Below are positions 1 through 13,465 of a DNA stretch of 64,000 bases, one piece after another. Position numbers and translations under genes: made by a program. Each line of letters begins with the position of its first letter. Position 1 is the stretch's first letter. The notes under the pieces were generated by a model. The model saw only the letters and a list, made by a program, of their open reading frames with translations. It made no database searches and was not told where the DNA came from. Source of the stretch: Octopus sinensis (Eukaryota); NCBI RefSeq assembly GCF_006345805.1, contig NC_043001.1, positions 127,782,001-127,846,000 of the forward strand. Reading direction: 5' to 3'.

Positions 1-815
1 ATCTTCTAGCCTGCTTAGATCAAGATGCATTGCTTTGTGAGACTGTACCAAGTAGATCTTACAGCACAAAGCTCTACCATGATTGGTTATTATTGCAATC
101 TTTTAGAGAGGCTTAGAGAGTTTCTTTGCAGTATTTGCCAGCATGTTAACTGACCAGATATTACCCACCAATCGATTCACTGTAGAAAAGAAATTTAAGA
201 AAATCTTCATTCATTCTGGCAGTATGACCAGATCACTGCAGCTGGACTCCACACAAAAGAGTACAGATACTAAGTAACACTGCGTGATTGAGGACCTCAG
301 TATCTAGGACCTTGCCCTGCAAATGAATACTCAGCATTTTGCACAGATAGACTTGTGAAAAGTCCATGTCACATTGGCATACAGCAAAGTTGGTAGAATA
401 ATGAAACTGTAGACCTTCATCTTGGTTTGGAAGCTGGGACTTTTCCTCACTCAGATAATCTTACAAAGGTGATGCTGGCCTTGGAAATTCTGCTGTTAAT
501 TTTATCATCAATGCAGAGGACTCTTAAGAGAATGCAACCAAGGAATGTAAATCTGTCAATGGTCTTATCTTTGACTAAGATTGCAGGCACTATGTACTAT
601 TTGTGAGGAACAGCCTGGTACATGACTTTGGGGGTTTTCTGTGCTGATGGTTGAAGGACAAAGTCACCACAAACAGAGAAGAAACATTTTTTGTATTTCC
701 AACTTTCAAACACTGAGCTTCCATTGACAGCAGTTGCCTACAAACAACTCACATAGAGTCCTCCTTCATCTTGGTTTCCGCCTTGAGCCTTCTCAGGTTA
801 AAGAGCCATCAGTAC
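1..815 (-). mobile_element. Decayed RTE (BovB-like) LINE fragment, RT to C-terminal region
   Basis: Minus-strand peptides TDG/LFNLRRLKAETK, IDRFTFLGCIL and IDDKINSRISKASITFVRL, with stops and frameshifts. Confidence 0.8.
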
Positions 816-2785
816 AATAGTGTATGGTAAAACAAACTTCCCCGACCAAAATACACCAGTTATTATGGCTGAAAACAAGCTGAAGAGAATGGGTGCCAGT
901 ACAGAATATTGCTTAACATCATTTGTAACTTGGAATATCACCATGGCTCTCCATCACCATTTACACTATAAATGCATGCATCTATGCACATTATATACAT
1001 AAAGACACGCAATAATATATACATAAATGTACAATTTATACATACACACAAACACATACATGCATACAAGAGAGTGAGAAAGAGAGCTATGAACTAGCTT
1101 ATTTATATACACCAATTTATACATGTTTATGATACAGAATTAAAGATTTAACTTTTTTTTTTTCAATAATAATAATGATTTCATACATTGGCACAAGGCC
1201 ACAAATTGTAGGAGTACAATAGTCAATTGAATTGAACCCCTGTACAAAGCTGGTACCCATTTTTATTGAGTCCAGAAGGATGAAAAGCGATGTCAAACCC
1301 AGCAGGATTTGAATTCAAAACATGAAGGAACATAACTAAATACCACAGGGCATTTGGTCCGGCACTGTACCATCTCTGCCAGCTCAACAATAAATGATGA
1401 TGATTATTTTCCAAATGTGTGTGAAGCCTCAGAATTATTAGAGGAGAACTGTGATAATGTGCTGTAAATGGTTTTCACAAAAATGCTAGTGAGCAAAGAG
1501 AAATGGTCCTATAACAGAATTGAAATCAAGTCGAAGACTTGGATTACTTGGCACTCTGCCACTGACCACAATAATGAGGATGTAATTTGTTTAATTAGCC
1601 ATTAATGTAAGAATTATTCGAGAGTAGAAATAGTAAATTATTGATCATGTTCACCATCACAAATAGAATTAAGATAATAAAAATTGTTTCTAATTTAGGT
1701 ACAAGGCCAGCAATTTTGATTATATTAACCCCATTTCTTGACTGGTACTTCACTTTTTGACTTCTAAAAGGATGAAAGGCAAAGTTGACATTGACAGGAT
1801 TTGAACCCAGAATGCCAGCTAGAAAAAATGCCATGGAGCATTTTCTTAACACTCTAACAAGTTTGCTCAAATAATAATGAATGTTTCTTACATTGGCACA
1901 AATTAGTAATTTTCAGAGGAAAGTTGTGGTTGTGTTGTCAATCAACAAAAAGGCAACTGACCTTCGCCTACTATATATCACATAATTTTTTTACTGAACC
2001 CTGATAGATGATGGGGCTAAAATGATCTCAATGTATTGAACACAATAATAATAATCCTTTCTACTATATGCACAAGGCCTAAAATTTTGGGGGAAGGGAT
2101 TAGTCGATTACATCCACCCCCAGTACTTGACTGGTACTTTATTTTATTGACCCTGAAAAAATGAAAGGTAAAGTCAACTTTAGTGGCATTAGAACTCAGA
2201 AAATAAAGCTAGAAGAAATGCCACTAAACATTTTGTCTGATGTGCTAATGACTTTGCCAATCCATTACCCTTAATAGATTTCTTTTAGGTACAAAACCAG
2301 TTTTTGTAGGATAGAATTAATGGCTACTTGAGTTGATCACAAACTGTTACTGGTATTTATTTTGCTGATTCACAAAACTAAAAGAAAAGAGGGTGTAATC
2401 AATTGAATCAATGCCAGTAAATACCTGTTTCTTATTTTATCAACCTTCCACCCTTCTACACATCATTACATTTGGCCCCCTAATTTTAATTGAAAACATT
2501 TAGAACTGTAACTAAATACATCAAGGTATTTAGAGTGAGACACAACTGTTTCTGATAATTCACCGGAATCATAACAATCATTTCTAACATAAATACAGAA
2601 ATTTTGAGGAAGTAGGTTAGTCAATTAAATTGACCCCAAGTAAATGGTTGGTATTTTTATTTCATTGACTTCAGAAAGATGAAAGGCAAAGTTGACTTTG
2701 ATAGGATTTGAACTCAGAACATAAAGAGCCAAAACAAACACTGCAAGACATTTTGCCCAATATTGTAATGATTTGCCAATCAACC

Positions 2786-3020
2786 TATTTCTTTACTACC
2801 CACAAGGGGCTAAACATAGAGGGGACAAACAAGGACAGACATAAGTATTATGTCGATTACATTGACCCCAGTGCGTAACTGGTACTTAATTTATCGACCC
2901 CGAAAGGATGAAAGGCAAAGTCGACCTCGGCGGAATTTGAACTCACAACGTAACGGCAGACGAAGTACCGTAAATCATTTTGCCTGGTGTGCTGACGCTT
3001 CTGCTAGCTCGCCGCCTTTT
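2786..3020 (-). mobile_element. Young SINE copy, tail-c subfamily, with 16-bp TSD
   Basis: Direct repeat GATTTGCCAATCAACC at 2770-2785 and 3021-3036. Confidence 0.85.
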
Positions 3021-4425
3021 GATTTGCCAATCAACCACTACCCTAATAAAGCCTGCACAAGGCCAGCACTTTTGAGGGTAGGAAGTTGAGATATTGCTGC
3101 CAGTACTTGACTGGCACTTTATTTTATCGATCCTGTATGAATGAAAGGCAAAGCTGACCTTGGTAGGATCTGGATTTAAATCATAGAGCCAGAACAAATA
3201 CTGCAAGGCTTGTTTTTTTTAACTATGCTAGTAATTATGCTATTATCATTGGCACAAAACCAGAAATTGAAGGGGATAGGTCAGTAGTCAGTTTAAATGG
3301 CCCCCAGTACTTGGCTGGTATTGCTTTTATCAACTGAGAACAGTGAAAGGCAAAAGTCGGCTCTGGCAGGGGTTGTAATAAAAAAAAAATGTAAAAGAAC
3401 ATAACTATATTCACTCATACACTGGAATTTCACCAACACAATGATAATAATGATGGCTTCAAATTTTGGCACAAGGCCAGCTGTTTTTGAAGGGAGGGAG
3501 AAAATGAGTTGATTACACTGACCCTAGTACATGAGTGTTGCTTATTTTATCAGTCACCAAAGAAATGAAAGGTAAAGTTGAGCTTGGCAGAATTTGAGCT
3601 CAGAATGTAAAGACGGACAAAATGTTGCTAAACATTTTGCCCGGTGTGCTAATGATTCTGCCAACGCACTGCCTTAATCAGCAACAACAACATAATAATG
3701 ATGATGATTAATATTATTATTATTATTTCAAATTTTGGCACATGGCCAGCAAGTTTAGGAGAGGAGGCTAGTCGATTACAACAATCCCAGTATTCAACTA
3801 ATACTTATTTTATCAACTCCAAACGGGTGAAAGGTTAAGTCAGGCCTGGCAACATTTGAACTTCAAAGTCAGAAGAAATTCCACTTAGAGTTTTCTCAGC
3901 ATGGTAATGATCCTGCCAGCTCACTGCCTTAATAATAATAATAATAATAATAAAGGTGCTAATTTCTAGTTTAGGTACAAGGTCAGCAATTTTGAGGGGA
4001 GTGGGTTAGTCAATATCATCAACCCCAGTACTTAACTAGCACTTTATTTCATTGATCCCAGAGGGATAAACATCAAAGAAGATTTCAGCTGCATTTGAAC
4101 CAGAATGAAAAGAGCTGGAAAAAATAGTGCAAAACATTTTCCCAATGTTCCAATGATTTTGTCAGCTCAAGGATGAAAGACAAAGTTGACCATAGCAGGA
4201 TTTGAAACAAGAAATGTAAAGAGCCAAAAGAAATATCCAAACGTATTTCTTCTGATATTCTAAGAATTTTGTCAGCTCGCCACCTTGAATCAATCCCATA
4301 GTAACAATAGTGTGCATCATACACACAAGTCAACAAATTTTGGGAGAGGACTAATACTCAGTCAAGTAGTTGACTGATATGTATTTACACAACAGAGGCT
4401 AGACCATCAAAATACAAAGTCAACT

Positions 4426-4810
4426 GGAGGCGCAATGGCCCAGTGGTTAGGGCAGCGGACTCGCTGTCGTAGGATCGCGGTTTCGATTCCCAGACCGGGC
4501 GTTGTGAGTGTTTATTGAGCAAAAACACCTAAAGCTCCACGAGGCTCCGGCAGGGGATGGTGGTGATCCCTGCTGTACTCTTTCACCACAACTTTCTCTC
4601 ATTCTTACTTCCTGTTTCTGTTGTACCTGTATTTCAAAGGGCCGGCCTTGTCACTCTCTGTGTCACGCTGAATATCCCCGAGAACTACGTTAAGGGTACA
4701 CGTGTCTGTGGAGTGCTCAGCCACTTACACGTTAATTTCACGAGCAGGCTGTTCCGTTGATCGGATCAACCGGAACCCTCATCGTCGTAACCGACGGAGT
4801 GCTTCCATCC
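4426..4810 (+). mobile_element. tRNA(Arg)-like-headed SINE (OR-like), tail A, inserted into an older SINE
   Basis: Head GGAGGCGCAATGGCCCAGTGGTTAGGGCAGCGGACTCGC...GTTTCGATTCC. TSD ACAAAGTCAACT at 4414-4425 and 4811-4822. Confidence 0.88.
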
Positions 4811-7342
4811 ACAAAGTCAACTGCAGCGTGATTTGAACTCAAAATATAACAAGATGTACGAGAACGGCAGACACCATCAGGCATGGACTCCTAACCATTT
4901 CCATTACATTATTCTCACAATAATATTCATAGTTTTAATAATTTCCTTTGAATATTATATGAAAAATTTTGTAGTGGAGGAGTATAGACATATCACTCAC
5001 CTCCAGAATATTACTGATACTTTTAAATTGTTGTAATAACCAAAACAATAATAGTAAGTACTACTGCACTAAATTACCTTGTAGTATTTAGTTAGATCTC
5101 TTTTACATTTTGAGTTCATCCAAATCTTGATGGGGGGTTATTTTGCATTTCAACCTTCCAGGGTCAACAAAACAAAAATGAGAAATAAACTGAAAATTTT
5201 TATCTGTGTCTAGTTGAACAATAAATCAGTAAAATTGGTTTCAAATTTCAACACAAGGCCAGTAAGTTCCGGGGATGGGATAAGTTGATTACATCAAACC
5301 CCAGTGTTCAACTGGTACTCATTTTATCAACCCCAAAAGATGAAAGGCAAAGTCAATCGCAGCAGAATTTGAACTCAGAACATAATGACAGATGAAATGC
5401 CACTAAGCATTCTACTAACTCACTGCCTTATAAATCAGTAATATTACTAGTAATAACAATGATAATTTCTACCATAGGAATAAGGCTACTAATATGTGAG
5501 ATGGGCACAGTCAATAAAACCAACCCTAGTACTTGACTGGTACTTTTTTTATTGATCCCCAAAGGTATCAAAGTCAGAGTCAACTAGGATTTATGTTCAG
5601 AACATAAAGGAGTGTTAACTAAATCCTGAGTCACATTCCATCTACTTCACTACAAATTCTGCCATCCACCATAATGATAACAACAACAATGGCTTTTAAT
5701 TTAGGCTTAGGTACAAGGTTAGCAATTTTGATGGGAAGGTTGTTTGATTACATCAACCCCAGCATTTGACTGGTACTTTATTTTATCAACTCCAAAGAGA
5801 TGAAAAGCCAAGTTGATCTCAGTGGAATTTGCCCAATGCCCTAACAACTCTGTCAACCCAGCATGTCGATGATAATAATGTTGATGATAATAATAATAAT
5901 TCTTTCTACTAAAGGTGCATGGTCTGAAATTTTGAGGGAGGGGACTAGTTGATCACATCAACCCCTCAAGGATAAAAGGCAAAGTCAATCTCAGCAGAAT
6001 TTGAACTTAGACCATAAGGACAGACAAAATGCTGCTGAGCATTTTGCCCAATATGCTAACAATTCTGCCAGCTTGCCCGGCCTTAATAATAACCCTTTCT
6101 ACTGGAGGCACAAGGCTTCAAATTTGTGAGGAGGGGACTAGTCAATTACAGCAACCCCAGTGTTTCACTGGTACTTAATTTATCAACCCTGAAAGGATGA
6201 AAGGCAAAGTCGACCTTGGCAGAATTTGAACTCAGATCAAAAAGATAGATGAAATCCTGCTAAACATTCTGCCAGGCATGCTAACGATTCTGCCATTTTA
6301 ATTGATAATAAATAATAATAATTATTATTATTATTGTTAATTTAATCATAAGGTTAGTCATTTTGTGGAAAGGTGGTTAGTTGACTACTTTGGTTAGTAA
6401 TTGACTGATACGTTATTTTATTGACTCCAAAAGGATGAAAAGCAAAGTTAACCTCAGCAGGATTTCAACTCAAAACATAAAGAGCCAAAAGAAATATTGG
6501 TTTCAAATTTTGACACAAGGTCAGCAATTTCTGGGGAGGAAGAAAGTCAATTACATCAATCCCAGGTACTTATTTTATTGACTCTGAAAGGATGAAAGGC
6601 AAAGTCAACCTTGGTGAAATTTGAACTCAGAACGTAAGGATGCCAACTTACTGCCTTAGAGCCAGAAGAAATATTGCAAAATATTTTTTGAAAGGTCTAA
6701 TGTTTCTGTCATTCCACTGCCCTTGGATGGTAAACTTATCTTGCACCCATGCAAGATAGATTTAGTCTATCAAATGATTTAATACCACTAGCTTGGCATC
6801 CTGGATACAGAGATGGAGTCCATTCTGTTTTGAGGACACTTTTCTCCTCTGCCTCTCTTGCTTAAAAGATAACCACTCCAGCCACCAAAAATGCTTTTAA
6901 TTTAGACATACAGCCAGCAATTTTCAAGGAAGGAAGTTAGTCAATACTATTAACCCCAGTAAATGACCGATACTTTGTCATTGCACAAAAGGGCCGAAAG
7001 ACAAATTGATGCTAGCAGGATTTTAACTCAAATCATAAAGAACATTAACTAAATGTTAAAAGGCTGATGCTTTAATAATTCTACCTACCCAGCAAACTTT
7101 ATATTAATAATAATAATAACGATGATGATTTCAATTTTTGGCACAAGGTCAGCCATTTTGGGGAAGGGGATAAGTTAATCACACCGATCCCAGTGTTCAA
7201 CTGGTACTTATTTTATCAACCCCAAAAGGATGGAAGGCAAAAATCAACCCCAGCAGAATTTGAACTCAAAGCATAAAGACAGACAAAATGTCACTAAGCA
7301 TCTTGCTTGGCAAGCTAACGATTCTGACAGCTTACTGCCAAG

Positions 7343-7393
<51 letters not shown>

Positions 7394-7636
7394 GTGATGA
7401 GTTTCAATTTTGGCACAAGGCCAGCAATTTCAGGGGAAGGGATAAGTTAATTACATCAACCCTAATGTTCAACTGATACTTATTTTATTGACCCCGAAAG
7501 GATGAAAGACAATGTCAACCCCATCAAAATTTGAATTTGAAACATAAAGAGCCAGAACAAAACAAATACTGCAAGGTTTTTTGCCCGACACTTCTACCAA
7601 CCCAACATGCCCTATGATGTTAATTATAATAACAGC

Positions 7637-7679
<43 letters not shown>

Positions 7680-7893
7680 GTTTCAAAATTTGCCACAAGG
7701 ACAGCTATTTTTGGGGAGGGGATGTTTCAATTACATTAACCCCAGTGTTTTACTGGTACTTAATTTATCGACCCCGAAAAAGATGAAAGGCAAAGCTGAC
7801 CTTTGTGGAATTTAAACTCAGAACAAAGCGACGGGCAAAATATCGCTAAGCATTTAGCACGATATGCTAATGAGTCTGCCAGCTCATTGCTTC

Positions 7894-7924
<31 letters not shown>

Positions 7925-7925
<1 letters not shown>

Positions 7926-8091
7926 CCCACAATCTTCGTGTATTGCAAAATTGGCTTTACTTTGCACTTCACACATACTGCATAAAGTACTGTCCATCTG
8001 GGGTCCTTGTTGTGACTTGACGGACAGTACAAATCCCTGGTGCACATATTTTCAATCTACATCACAATGTTGGATACTGTGTCATGTCTTC
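7925..8091 (+). mobile_element. 3' end of an R4/Dong-like non-LTR retrotransposon within (AAT)n
   Basis: Peptide IAKLALLCTSHILHKVLSI resembles the R4/Dong C-terminal xQKxxLLGTAxILRKVL. (AAT)n lies on both flanks. Confidence 0.6.
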
Positions 8092-9273
8092 AATAATAAT
8101 AATAATAATAATAATAATAATCCTTTCTACTAAAGGCACAAGGCCTGAAATTTTGGCAGAGGGGACTAGTTGATTACATCGACACCAGTGTTTCCCTGGT
8201 ACTTAATTTATTGACCCTGAAAGGATGAACGGCAAAGTCGGCCTCAGCAGATTTTGAACTCAGATTGTAAAGACAGATGAAATGTTGGTAAGCATTTTGC
8301 CTGGCATGTTTAATGATTCTGCCAGCTCACCACCTTAATAATAATCCTTTCTACTATAGGCACAAGGCCTGAAATTTTGTGGGGAGCAAATAAGTTGATT
8401 ACATCAACCCTAGTGTTTAGTTGGTACTTAATTTATCGACCCCAAAAGGATGAAAGGCAAAGCTGACCCCGGAGGAATTTGAACTCAGAACATAGACAGG
8501 CGAAATACTGCTAAGCATTTTGCCTGGTGTGCCAACAGTTCTGCCAGCTTGCCACCTTACAACTACTAATAATAATAACAATAATAATAATGATAATCCT
8601 TTCTATTAACAGAAATTTTGTGGGAGTGGACTAGTTGATTATATCAACCTCAGTGCTATACTGGTACTCATTTCACTAACCTGAAAAGGATGAAAAGCAA
8701 TGTCGACCTCAATGGAATTTGAACTCAAAATGTAAAGAGCCAGGACAAATACCACATGTTATTTTGCCTGACACTCTAACGATTTAAGAACTCTATGATC
8801 CCAGCCTGCCCTGTGATGTTAATTATGATAATAACAGCAATAATAACAGCAAGAGTTAAATTTTGGCACAACGCCAGCAAGTTCCAGGGAGAGGGTAAGT
8901 TGATTACATCGACCCCAGTGTTCAACTGGTACTTATTTTATCGACCCTGAAAGGATGAAAGGCAGAGTCGACCTCAGTGGAATTTGAACTCAAAACATAA
9001 GGACAAACAAAAATGCTGCAAAAACACTTTGCCCAGTGTGCCAACAATTCTGCTCACCACCTTAATAATAATGATTATGAATAATGATGATGATGATGAT
9101 GATGATGACGACGATGATGATGGTGGTGGTGGTGGTGGTGGTGGTGGTGGTGGTGGTGCTAATGATAAACCAAAGAAAGCATAGAAGGAAGGAAGGAGGG
9201 AGTGGGGGATTAAAAAAAATGAAAAACCACTTAAGTAAATAGTTCTTACATAAAAACTAACAAATCACTTTAG

Positions 9274-9279
9274 TTTATT
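9274..9279 (-). terminator. Candidate polyadenylation signal (AATAAA) of TMEM115
   Basis: TTTATT on the plus strand ~1.1 kb beyond the stop, just before the SINE train starts. Other hexamers occur upstream in the UTR, so this is not unique. Confidence 0.3.
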
Positions 9280-9369
9280 ATCTTTCCAGCTTGTCCACTT
9301 CTTTTTTTCTTTTTATCATCTCTTGCAACAATGTCTTTTTTTGCATTTTTGGCTTTTTTTTTTTTTTTT

Positions 9370-10030
9370 GTTTTGTTTTACACATGCATGTGTACGTGTG
9401 CATCTGAGTCTGTGTGTATCTCAATTTCATTTTCAACTGGACTTTATGTCACTGAAGGATTAGTTATTATTATTATTTTTTTTGTATTTTTATTTTCTTT
9501 ATTATTGTTTATTTTTCATTATATATATATATTTTGGATGGCATTGGGGGGAGAGAAACTTTGCATCTTCTTGTAATAAGATGCCAAAGGAAAAACTTAG
9601 GGTTTCCAAAAACAGACAAAAAAAAAAAAACCCATGCGTCCAGTAAGTTATTATTTATAGCTCTGTTCCGGAGGAAAAGATACCTCTTTTTTTTTTTTTG
9701 TTTTGTTTTACACATGCATGTGTACGTGTGCATCTGAGTCTGTGTGTATCTCAATTTCATTTTCAACTGGACTTTATGTCACTGAAGGATTAGTTATTAT
9801 TATTATTTTTTTTGTATTTTTATTTTCTTTATTATTGTTTATTTTTCATTATATATATATATTTTGGATGGCATTGGGGGGAGAGAAACTTTGCATCTTC
9901 TTGTAATAAAGATGCCAAAGGAAAAACTTAGGGTTTCCAAAAACAGACAAAAAAAAAAAAACCCATGCGTCCAGTAAGTTATTATTTATAGCTCTGTTCC
10001 GGAGGAAAAGATACCTCTTTTTTTTTTTTT
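9370..10030. repeat. Tandem duplication of a ~330-bp unit in the TMEM115 3'UTR region
   Basis: 9370-9699 and 9700-10030 are essentially identical apart from homopolymer length. Poly-T runs lie at all junctions. Confidence 0.92.
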
Positions 10031-10305
10031 GTATGTGTGTTTTTTTTTATTTTCAAAGCAATAAACAAAAAAAAAAAACAAAAAATAAATAATTAGAACA
10101 ACAGTAATAATAAAAATAATAAAAATAAAGATAATAATAATGATAATAATATATACAAAATGTCAGCGTTATTTTGTTCCTTTGTCTTTTGGCATCTTTC
10201 ATTTCACATTCTTTTTGTCATTCATTTCATTTCATTAATTATGATTTGTGCAAATGAAAGATTGAAATCGTATTTCACATCATAACAATTAAAATAATAG
10301 AGATG

Positions 10306-10368
<63 letters not shown>

Positions 10369-10398
10369 TAAAAAAAGAAAGACTGAAAGAAAGAAAAA

Positions 10399-10639
10399 CT
10401 ATGACAAAGAATCAGTTGAATTCTTCATGTTTTCTTTGAAGTCTGGCACAGGTAGCTTTGTTGGAACGAACTGTGATTTTTCTTTTGCTGCCCCTGCATC
10501 TGGTTTTGTTTCTTCTTTTGTTGGTAAGTGACTAGTTAAAGAAGATTTGGGAAGGTCTCCTTCTTCAACAAGGGATGGCCATTTGGGTTGTTGGTCAACT
10601 TTACTAAGTCTCTCGTTCAATGCTTTTAGAGCCAATTGT
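10399..10639 (-). CDS. TMEM115: TMEM115 coding exon 3 (terminal)
   Basis: Pyrimidine-rich acceptor tcctcag|A completes Arg (CG+A). Reads QLALKALNERLSKVDQQPKWPSL...STDSLS then TAG at 10401-10399. Total CDS 704+174+241 = 1119 nt, 372 aa. Confidence 0.95.
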
Positions 10640-10714
10640 CTGAGGATTGCAAAAGAAGAAAAAGAAAAGAATTAAGACAAAATAAAACAATCAGTATATC
10701 AACAACAAAAAAAT

Positions 10715-11045
10715 GTAAGTGTGGCTGTGTGGTAAGAAGCTTGCTTCCCAACCACATGGTTCCGAGTTCAGTTCCACTCTGTGGCACCTTGGGTAAGTGT
10801 CTTCTACTATTGCCTCGGGCTAACCAAGGCTTTATGAGTTGATTTAGTAAATGAAAACTGAAAGAAGCCTGTCATATATATTTGTGTCTGTTTGCCCCTG
10901 TAACACTAGCAGTTCAGCAAAAGAGACTGACAGAATAAATACTAGACTTAAAGGTCAAGTCCTGGGGTCGATTTGTTCAACTAAAATCCTTCAAGGCAGT
11001 GCTCCAACATGGCCACAATAAAATGGCTGAAAAAAGAATAAAAGA
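10715..11045 (+). mobile_element. CORE-like tRNA SINE in TMEM115 intron 2
   Basis: GTGGCTGTGTGGTAAGAAGC head, CACCTTGGGTAAGTGTCTT core-like block, AAAAGAATAAAAGAAT tail. Confidence 0.8.
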
Positions 11046-11160
11046 ATAACAATGGTTTCTAACATAGGTCCATAGCCACAAAATAAGGAGTGGGAGAAAA
11101 ATAAATTTAATTAAATTCTAACAAAGAAATCTTACTGGAAATACCAAAGATTTTATAATA

Positions 11161-11355
11161 TATTTCTTTACTGCCCACAAGGGGCTAAACATAGAGGGGA
11201 CAAACAAGGACAGACAAAGGGATTAAGTCGATTACATCGACCCCAGTGCGTAACTGGTACTTAATTTATCGACCCCGAAAGGATGAAAGGCAAAGTCAAC
11301 CTTGGCGGAATTTGAACTCAGAACGTAACGGCAGACGAAATACGGTTACGCATTT
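11161..11355 (-). mobile_element. 5'-truncated tail-c SINE with 15-bp TSD
   Basis: AAAGATTTTATAATA at 11146-11160 and 11356-11370. Confidence 0.85.
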
Positions 11356-11848
11356 AAAGATTTTATAATAAGAAATGAGCACAGTCTATGTCTGAAAAGC
11401 AAGGCACCCCAGAAACTCATTTAGAAAATAAAATAAATTTGTTTCCCACGTTCTTTTGAAGTAAAGAAAGTAACATGATTTTTAACTTGATGATATGGAT
11501 GAAACCTGTTTTTCATCTCCCAGGAAACTGTGCTGTTGACATCAAAGGAGGAAAAGCTATTCTTGAGAGGACAACAGAACATGAAAGGACACACTTTATT
11601 GTGTGTTAAGATTTTTCACTGTTTCTTTTCAAAGACTATTTTTTTTTACCTGTTCTTAATTACCTTTATCTTCTTTTAACTTCTTTTAATGTTATTCAGT
11701 TACAGTATTTCATCCTCCTCTACCATCCCATCAATGCTCTGGGCCCCATTCCTTCTGAGTATACACTGGCACCTCACCATCATCTTTCTCCTGCTCTCTC
11801 TTGAACTCTTGCTGACTCCCACCATCTCTCTCTCTCTCTCTCACACTC

Positions 11849-11881
<33 letters not shown>

Positions 11882-12471
11882 TTGCCTTACTCTTCCCTCT
11901 GGCTGTTTCTGCCCTCATTCTTGATCACTCCCTCTCTCCTCCTCTCACTCTTCCCTCTGGCTAGGTAACCAAATCTCTCTTTTATAGCAGCACACCTGTT
12001 TCTGTCCTCTTTCTTGTTACCTCTGTCTCCCTCTTCCTCTCTTTCGTTTTCCCTCTGTTTTCCTGTCTCTCTCTTGGCTGGGTAACCATGCACCTCCTCT
12101 ATAACAGGACACCTGTTTCTGCCTCTGTCTCTCTGTCACACTGTAATATTTCCTCATTTAGCATAAGATCACCTCCTCCAATTCCCCCTTCTCTCTCGAA
12201 ATTCTTTGTCTTGCAAGTTACTTGGTGACCCTGCCAGCACTAGTGCCCCATAAAAAGCATCCAGTCCAAACAGTGAAGTGGTTGACATTTGGAAGGGCAT
12301 CCAGCTGTAAACACCATGCCAAAACTGACCTTGCCTATGCTGGTGCCATATAAGAAGCACTCAGTCTACTCTACAGGGTGGTTGGTGTTAGGAAGGGCAT
12401 CCAGGCATTTGTGTGTATGGCAGATGGAACTAAGCTTAAGTCAATGGTGATATTTAAGAGAAAAGGATAAC

Positions 12472-12518
<47 letters not shown>

Positions 12519-12655
12519 TGCCATATAGAATTTTGGTTCACTGTTATCCCAAGGATGTAACGGACAAAAAACGATGATGACATTAAAAATTGTGGCTATA
12601 CAAGAGTTGGATAAGAAACCATGGGCCCTCCTAGTATGGTATTAGTTCTATGCAC

Positions 12656-13465
12656 ATCATCATCAACATTTAACATCTGCTTTCCATGCTGGCATAGGTT
12701 GGAGGGTTTGACTGAGGACTGGCAAGCCAGAAGCCTACACCAGGCTCCAATCTGATCTGACAAGGTTTTTACAGATGGATGTCCTTCCTAACACCAACCA
12801 CTCCAAGAGTGTAGTAGGTGCTTTTTATGTGCCACCAGCATGAGGGCCAGTCAGGCAGCACTGGCATTGACCACGCTCAAATGGCGGTTTTTACATGCCA
12901 CTAGCACAGGAGCCAGTCAGGTGGCACTGGCAACGACCATGCTTGAATGGTGCTTTTTATGTGCTACAGGCAAGGGACCAGTCAGGTGGCACTGGCATCA
13001 ACCATGTTCGTATGATGCATTTTAAGGGGGAACCAGCACTGGAGTCAGTCCGGTGGGACTGGCATCAACCACACTCAAATGGTGCTTGTTACATGCCACT
13101 GGCACGAGAGCCAATCAGGCGGTACTGGCATCAGCCACGACAATGACTTCACTTGACTTACAGGTCTTCTTAAGCACAGTTTATTGCCCAATGATTGAAG
13201 GGTACTCTTAAATGGGCTAGTTATGCAGCACTGGCATAGGCCACAGTTACAGTTTCACTTGGCATGTCGGGATTTCTCAAGCACAGAATATCTCCAAAGG
13301 TCTCGGTTACTTGTCATTGCCTCCATGAGGCCTAACATTCGAAGGTTCTGCTTCACCACCTCATACCAGGTTTTCCTGGATCTGCCTCTTTCACAGGTTC
13401 CCTCCACTGTTAGGGTGTGACACATTTTCACACAGCTGTCCTCATCCATACGCAACATATGACCA
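12656..13465 (-). mobile_element. RTE LINE 3' fragment (ORF C-terminus plus repeat-containing 3'UTR and (GAT)n tail)
   Basis: Peptide WYGHMLRMDEDSCVKMCHTLTVEGTCERGRSRKTW...EKSRHAK*; same family as 51591-53085. Confidence 0.85.

Larger units (their letters stand above)
1160..9065 (-). mobile_element. Train of about 30 head-to-tail tRNA-derived SINE copies (core GCCTTTCATCCTTTCGGGGTCGATAAAATAAGTACCAG, probably Meta-domain type)
   Basis: Repeated ~220-240 bp units with A-box-like TGGCAGAATCGTTA and B-box-like GAGTTCAAATTCC on the minus strand, separated by (AAT)n. Copy number counted by eye. Confidence 0.9.

Noticed and set aside
4426-4500. tRNA-like sequences here and at other SINE heads
   Set aside because: All are heads of multi-copy SINEs followed by SINE bodies; none forms a stand-alone canonical tRNA.
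9084-9158. (AAT) to (GAT) to (GGT) compound microsatellite suggesting a reverse-transcribed A-to-I edited RNA
   Set aside because: Point mutation plus slippage explains it; other tracts show A-to-C and other variants too.
7288-10020. ORF-track entries rich in poly-N, poly-I, poly-D/G or poly-F
   Set aside because: They are translations of microsatellites, SINEs and the UTR duplication. The same applies to most 60-120 aa ORFs in the window.
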